64,000 nucleotides of DNA from positions 248,001 through 312,000 of the forward strand of contig JAHCIT010000002.1 of the NCBI GenBank assembly GCA_026129095.1, written 5' to 3'. This DNA is from Deltaproteobacteria bacterium (GTDB lineage Bacteria; JAGRBM01; JAHCIT01). Of this stretch, positions 60,290 through 64,000 are shown piece after piece. Position 1 is the stretch's first letter. Every line of letters starts with the position of its first letter. The notes beneath the pieces were generated by a model. That model was not told the origin of the DNA. It ran no database searches and saw only the letters and a program-made list of their open reading frames with translations. The translations under genes and the position numbers were made by a program.

Positions 60290-61000
60290 TTGAAACGCCT
60301 CTCAGCCCGCCAGAAAAAACTGCTCGTCCGCATACTGGGCGCTCTGGTTCTCGTCGTGGCATCGTACGAACTGTGGATCATCGGCCGGGTCATCTGGTGG
60401 CGGACGAACAATCCCCGCTCGTCGGCGTTCATGGATGCCCACCGGATCCGCCTCCAGGAGCAGAAACCGGGCGCGGAGCTCAGCCACAAGTGGGTTCCCT
60501 ACGGACAGATCTCCATTCACCTAAAACAGGCGGTGATCGCCAGCGAGGACGCGAAGTTCCTCCGGCACGACGGGTTCGACTGGGAGGGTATACAGGCGGC
60601 CTGGGAGCAAAACCTCAGGAAGCGCCGGATCGTCGCGGGTGGCTCCACCATCTCGCAGCAGCTCGCCAAGAACCTTTTTCTGTCGGGAAGGCGCACGCCG
60701 TGGCGCAAGCTGGACGAGGCACATATCACCGTCTGGATGGAGCTGTTCCTCTCCAAGCGGCGCATCCTCGAGATCTATCTCAACGTCATCGAGTGGGGCG
60801 ACGGGGTGTTCGGGGCCGAGGCGGCCTCGCGCCATTACTACCGGGTATCCGCGGCGAAACTGACGGCGAGGCAGGCAGCCTGGCTCGCCGCCATCGTGCC
60901 CAACCCCCGCTACCACGACAGGAACCGCAAGGACCGGAAGGCGGAGCGGAAGACGAACATCATCCTCGCCCGCATGGCCTATACGGACGCGCCCGAATAG
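60290..61000 (+). CDS. mtgA: Monofunctional peptidoglycan transglycosylase
   Basis: SEDAKF..H.GFD, GGSTISQQLAKNL, RK..E, KRRILEIYLN..EWG. Confidence 0.93.
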   Translation: MKRLSARQKKLLVRILGALVLVVASYELWIIGRVIWWRTNNPRSSAFMDAHRIRLQEQKPGAELSHKWVPYGQISIHLKQAVIASEDAKFLRHDGFDWEGIQAAWEQNLRKRRIVAGGSTISQQLAKNLFLSGRRTPWRKLDEAHITVWMELFLSKRRILEIYLNVIEWGDGVFGAEAASRHYYRVSAAKLTARQAAWLAAIVPNPRYHDRNRKDRKAERKTNIILARMAYTDAPE

Positions 61001-61003
61001 GGC

Positions 61004-62568
61004 CTACAGCACGAGGTTCGATGCCTCGGTCATCGCCGCGCCGATCCCGGCCGTGAGGCGGTCGCGGAGGCCGGGCCGGATGCGGTGTCCGCCCTCGCCC
61101 TCCAGCACATACTCGGCCTCGTTGAAATGGCTCACCCGCAGGCGGTATTCCCAGTTGTAGCCGGGGTACAGGGTCGTGTTCCGGCCGTTCGGGGCGAGGT
61201 ACCAGCTGGCGCAGCCTGAGGTCCAGACGGTGTGTTTCATGCGCCGGTCCAGGTTCCTGTTGAACCGGCTCTGCACCGGCTCCTTCACCTCGACCGACCT
61301 GAGGTTGTGGCGGTGGAGGGACTCGACGGCCTGGACGATGTAGTCAACCTGCTTTTCCGTATAGGCGAGCACCGACGTGTGGCCGGGACCGGTGTTCGGC
61401 CCCATGAGAAAAAAGAGGTTCGGAAAGCCGGTGCAGGCAACGCCCTTGTATGCCTCCGAACCGTCGCGCCAGGCCTCGCCAAGCGAGTGACCGCTTCTGC
61501 CCACGACCGGAAACGGGGCCCCCGCCGACGGCACCCTGAACCCCGTCGCGCAGACGATCGCATCGAACTCCCGCTCGCGGCCGTCCCGGCTGACGATCCC
61601 TTTCGGCGTGATCCGCGTGATGCCGTCCGTAACCAGTTCCACGTTCGGGCGCTGGAGCGCCGGGTACCAGTCATTCGAGATCAGCATCCGCTTGCAGCCG
61701 ATCCGGTAGTCCGGCGTCACCTTCCGGCGGAGTCCGGGATCCTTCACGCTCCGCCGGATGTGCTGGAGCGCAATCTGCTCGACCAGCGACTTGATCCGGT
61801 CATTTTCCAGGATGAGGAACGGGGCGAATCCCTCCAGCATCCAGTAAATCATCTGGCGCCGGGCCCAGAGTGCGGGCGGGAAGTTCCGGTACAGAGCCTT
61901 TCGCCGTTCGGTGATCTTCTGGTTCATGCGCGGGACGATCCATGGGGGCGTGCGCTGGTAAACGGCAAGCGATGCCACATCGGGCGCGATGGCCGGAACC
62001 ACCTGGATGGCGCTTCGCCGCTCCCGATCACTCCGACGCGCCGGCCCTTCAGCGGATAGTCCGGATCCCACCGCGACGTATGCAGCAGCTTGCCACGGAA
62101 CGAATTCAGGCCCTCAATATCGGGATACGACGGATCGGAAAGCCCGCCGGCGGCGGAAACCAGCACGCGGGCGCGGAACTCCCCGCCCCCGTCGGTGCGA
62201 AGCGTCCACATGCCGCTCCCCTCATCATAAGTCGCGCCCGTCACGGGTGTGTTGAACCGCACATGGGGCCGGATGCCGTATTTCTCCGCGCAGCGGAGAA
62301 TGTAGGCCTGGATTTCCCGCGAGCCCGAGTAGGCCTCCGACCAGCCGGGGTTGGGCTCGAACGAGTAGCAGTACAGGTGCGAGGGCACGTCACAGGCGCA
62401 GCCGGGATAGGTGTTGTCCCGCCAGGTTCCGCCCACCTCGTCCGCCCGCTCGAAGATGGTGAAGTTCGTAAACCCCGCCTTCTTGAGACTGATCCCCATG
62501 TTCAGCCCGGAAAAGCCGGAACCGACAATGGCCACAGGTATCCCGCTCCGGCCTGGTGTCTTGCCCAT
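61004..62568 (-). pseudogene. BVMO-type flavin monooxygenase with single-base frameshift
   Basis: N-half (GSGFSG, GGTWRDNTYPG, FRGKLLHTSRWD) and C-half (SAIQ...YQRT...GCKR) in different frames; one base missing at 62015/62016. Confidence 0.8.
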
Positions 62569-62737
62569 GATACCCCTCCTAAAAATGCCCCGGAGCCGCC
62601 TCGGCCCCCAGCACGCTATTGTTGACCGAAACTGCCGCCAAGGGAAAACAGCCGGTTTCAAGCGGGGGCGGACAAATGTCCGGCACACTTATTAGTTCAA
62701 ATTATTCTTTTAATATCAGTATGTTATTCAATTTATA

Positions 62738-62772
62738 TTGACAGCCTGACATTGGGAATGATATGTCATTCC
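62738..62772 (+). promoter_or_regulatory. TetR gene promoter with overlapping palindromic operator
   Basis: TTGACA (62738), TGnTATGTC; GGAATGA-TATG-TCATTCC (62755..62772). Confidence 0.7.
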
Positions 62773-62774
62773 GA

Positions 62775-63392
62775 ATGACGACGGATCCCGTCACCGACAC
62801 GAAACTGGACCAGCGCCGCCGGGAGATCATCCAGGCGGCCTACAAGGTGTTTGCTGAAAAGGGATACCGCGACGCAGGCATTGCCGATATCGCCGCCGAA
62901 CTGAAGCTCGGGCACGGGACCTTCTACCGCTACTTCAAGAACAAGCGCGACATCTTCCTGTCGGTCGTGATGCAGGTGGCCGAGCGGCTGGCGGCGGCCA
63001 TCGCCTCCGAGCCGCCGGACGCCTCGCGCACGCTGGCCGAATACCGGGCGCAGGTCCGCCGGTGGGGCCACAAGCTGCTCGAAGTGATCCAGAAGGATCC
63101 CCGGATTGCCCGCATCCTCCTCCACGAGGCGATGGCGGTGGACCAGGAGATGACCGAGGCGGTGAACCGGTCGTGGGACATCAGCGCGCAGATCACCGAG
63201 TCCTATCTCGTCAACGGCAAGAAGCGCGGTTATCTCCGCGCCGACCTCGACACGCGCATCACCAGCATGGCCCTGAACGCGATCATCTTCGAGGCGATGC
63301 GTCGCGGAGTGGGCCAGACAGGCAGCTCCGAACTGGTCGAGACGTGGATTGACGCCATCGAGAAGCTGATGTTCGACGGGATCAGGGCCTGA
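62775..63392 (+). CDS. TetR/AcrR family regulator (possibly leaderless)
   Basis: IADIAAELKLGHGTFYRYFKNKRDIF; alternative ATG at 62763 lies inside the operator/-10. Confidence 0.9.
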   Translation: MTTDPVTDTKLDQRRREIIQAAYKVFAEKGYRDAGIADIAAELKLGHGTFYRYFKNKRDIFLSVVMQVAERLAAAIASEPPDASRTLAEYRAQVRRWGHKLLEVIQKDPRIARILLHEAMAVDQEMTEAVNRSWDISAQITESYLVNGKKRGYLRADLDTRITSMALNAIIFEAMRRGVGQTGSSELVETWIDAIEKLMFDGIRA

Positions 63393-63427
63393 AGCCGGAA
63401 CCAGCAGCATCAGGGAGAGGCAGCACC

Positions 63428-64000
63428 ATGAATATCTCGCCGGAGAGAGCCCACGAAAAACATCCGTCCAGGATTCCGCCCGCCGTGACCGATCACGAGG
63501 CCATCATCGTGGGCGCCGGCTTCGGCGGCATGGGCGCCGCCATCCAGCTGAACCGGATGGGGATCGACGACATCCTGATCCTGGACCGTGAAAACGGGGC
63601 CGGCGGGACGTGGCACGTGAATACCTATCCCGGCCTCGCCGTGGACATCGCCTCGACGACCTACTGCTATTCGTTCGAACCCAACCCGCACTGGTCGCGG
63701 GTCTATGCCCGCGGCGGCGAGCTGAAAAGCTATGCCAACCATGTCGCGGACAAATACAACCTGCGCCGGTTCATGCGCTTCGGCTCCAGCGTGGAGAAGG
63801 CTGTCTATAGCGAGAACGGCCGCTACTGGACCGTCCACACCGAAGGCCGGCCGCCGGTCACGGCCCGCATCCTCATTCTGGCCACCGGCTTCCTCGCGCA
63901 ACCCAAGATGCCCGACATTCCCGGCCTCGATTCGTTCGAGGGCAAGGTCATTCACACGGCCAGGTGGGACCACGGCTATGACCTTGCCGGCAAGCGGGCA
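63428..64000 (+). CDS. BVMO-type flavin monooxygenase (3' end outside window)
   Basis: Read from sequence: GAGFGG, GGTWHVNTYPGLAVD, FEGKVIHTARWD; GGAGAGG RBS. Confidence 0.9.
   Translation, partial: MNISPERAHEKHPSRIPPAVTDHEAIIVGAGFGGMGAAIQLNRMGIDDILILDRENGAGGTWHVNTYPGLAVDIASTTYCYSFEPNPHWSRVYARGGELKSYANHVADKYNLRRFMRFGSSVEKAVYSENGRYWTVHTEGRPPVTARILILATGFLAQPKMPDIPGLDSFEGKVIHTARWDHGYDLAGKRA

Overview
High-GC, gene-dense chromosomal window from a diderm bacterium. A Myxococcota/deltaproteobacterial-like origin is inferred from the sigma54-driven type IV pilin, stand-alone MshEN protein, lidless Hsp70 and DUF482-clpS-clpA. About 55 CDS are supported. They include lipid/terpenoid catabolism genes (three BVMO-type flavin monooxygenases, one frameshifted; SCP2; CaiB/AMACR-like; PECR/AtuB-like SDR; acyl-CoA dehydrogenase; AtuA) with TetR regulators and palindromic operators. 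Also present are rpsT, an Opp/Dpp ABC system, pilA plus an NtrC-family activator, queD-folE-SDR-MBL, a ~3,400-aa Ig-repeat surface lipoprotein, clpSA, ptb-ackA, aroB, an arsenic cluster, ssb, sixA, nfo, a BamD-like gene and mtgA. No tRNA, rRNA, CRISPR array, integrase or transposase was seen. Best leads: (1) an unannotated ~70-nt sigma54-dependent sRNA candidate with anti-Shine-Dalgarno motifs, divergent from the NtrC-family gene, with three upstream activator-like sites; (2) a 7-domain super-repeat in the giant adhesin; (3) an ArsR-less arsenic locus with a Cys-tailed SigZ-like ECF sigma and an ECF-type promoter; (4) a single gene bracketed by 44-bp direct repeats; (5) a FolE with substituted catalytic residues. 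All product calls are by eye from motifs; no database search was run.
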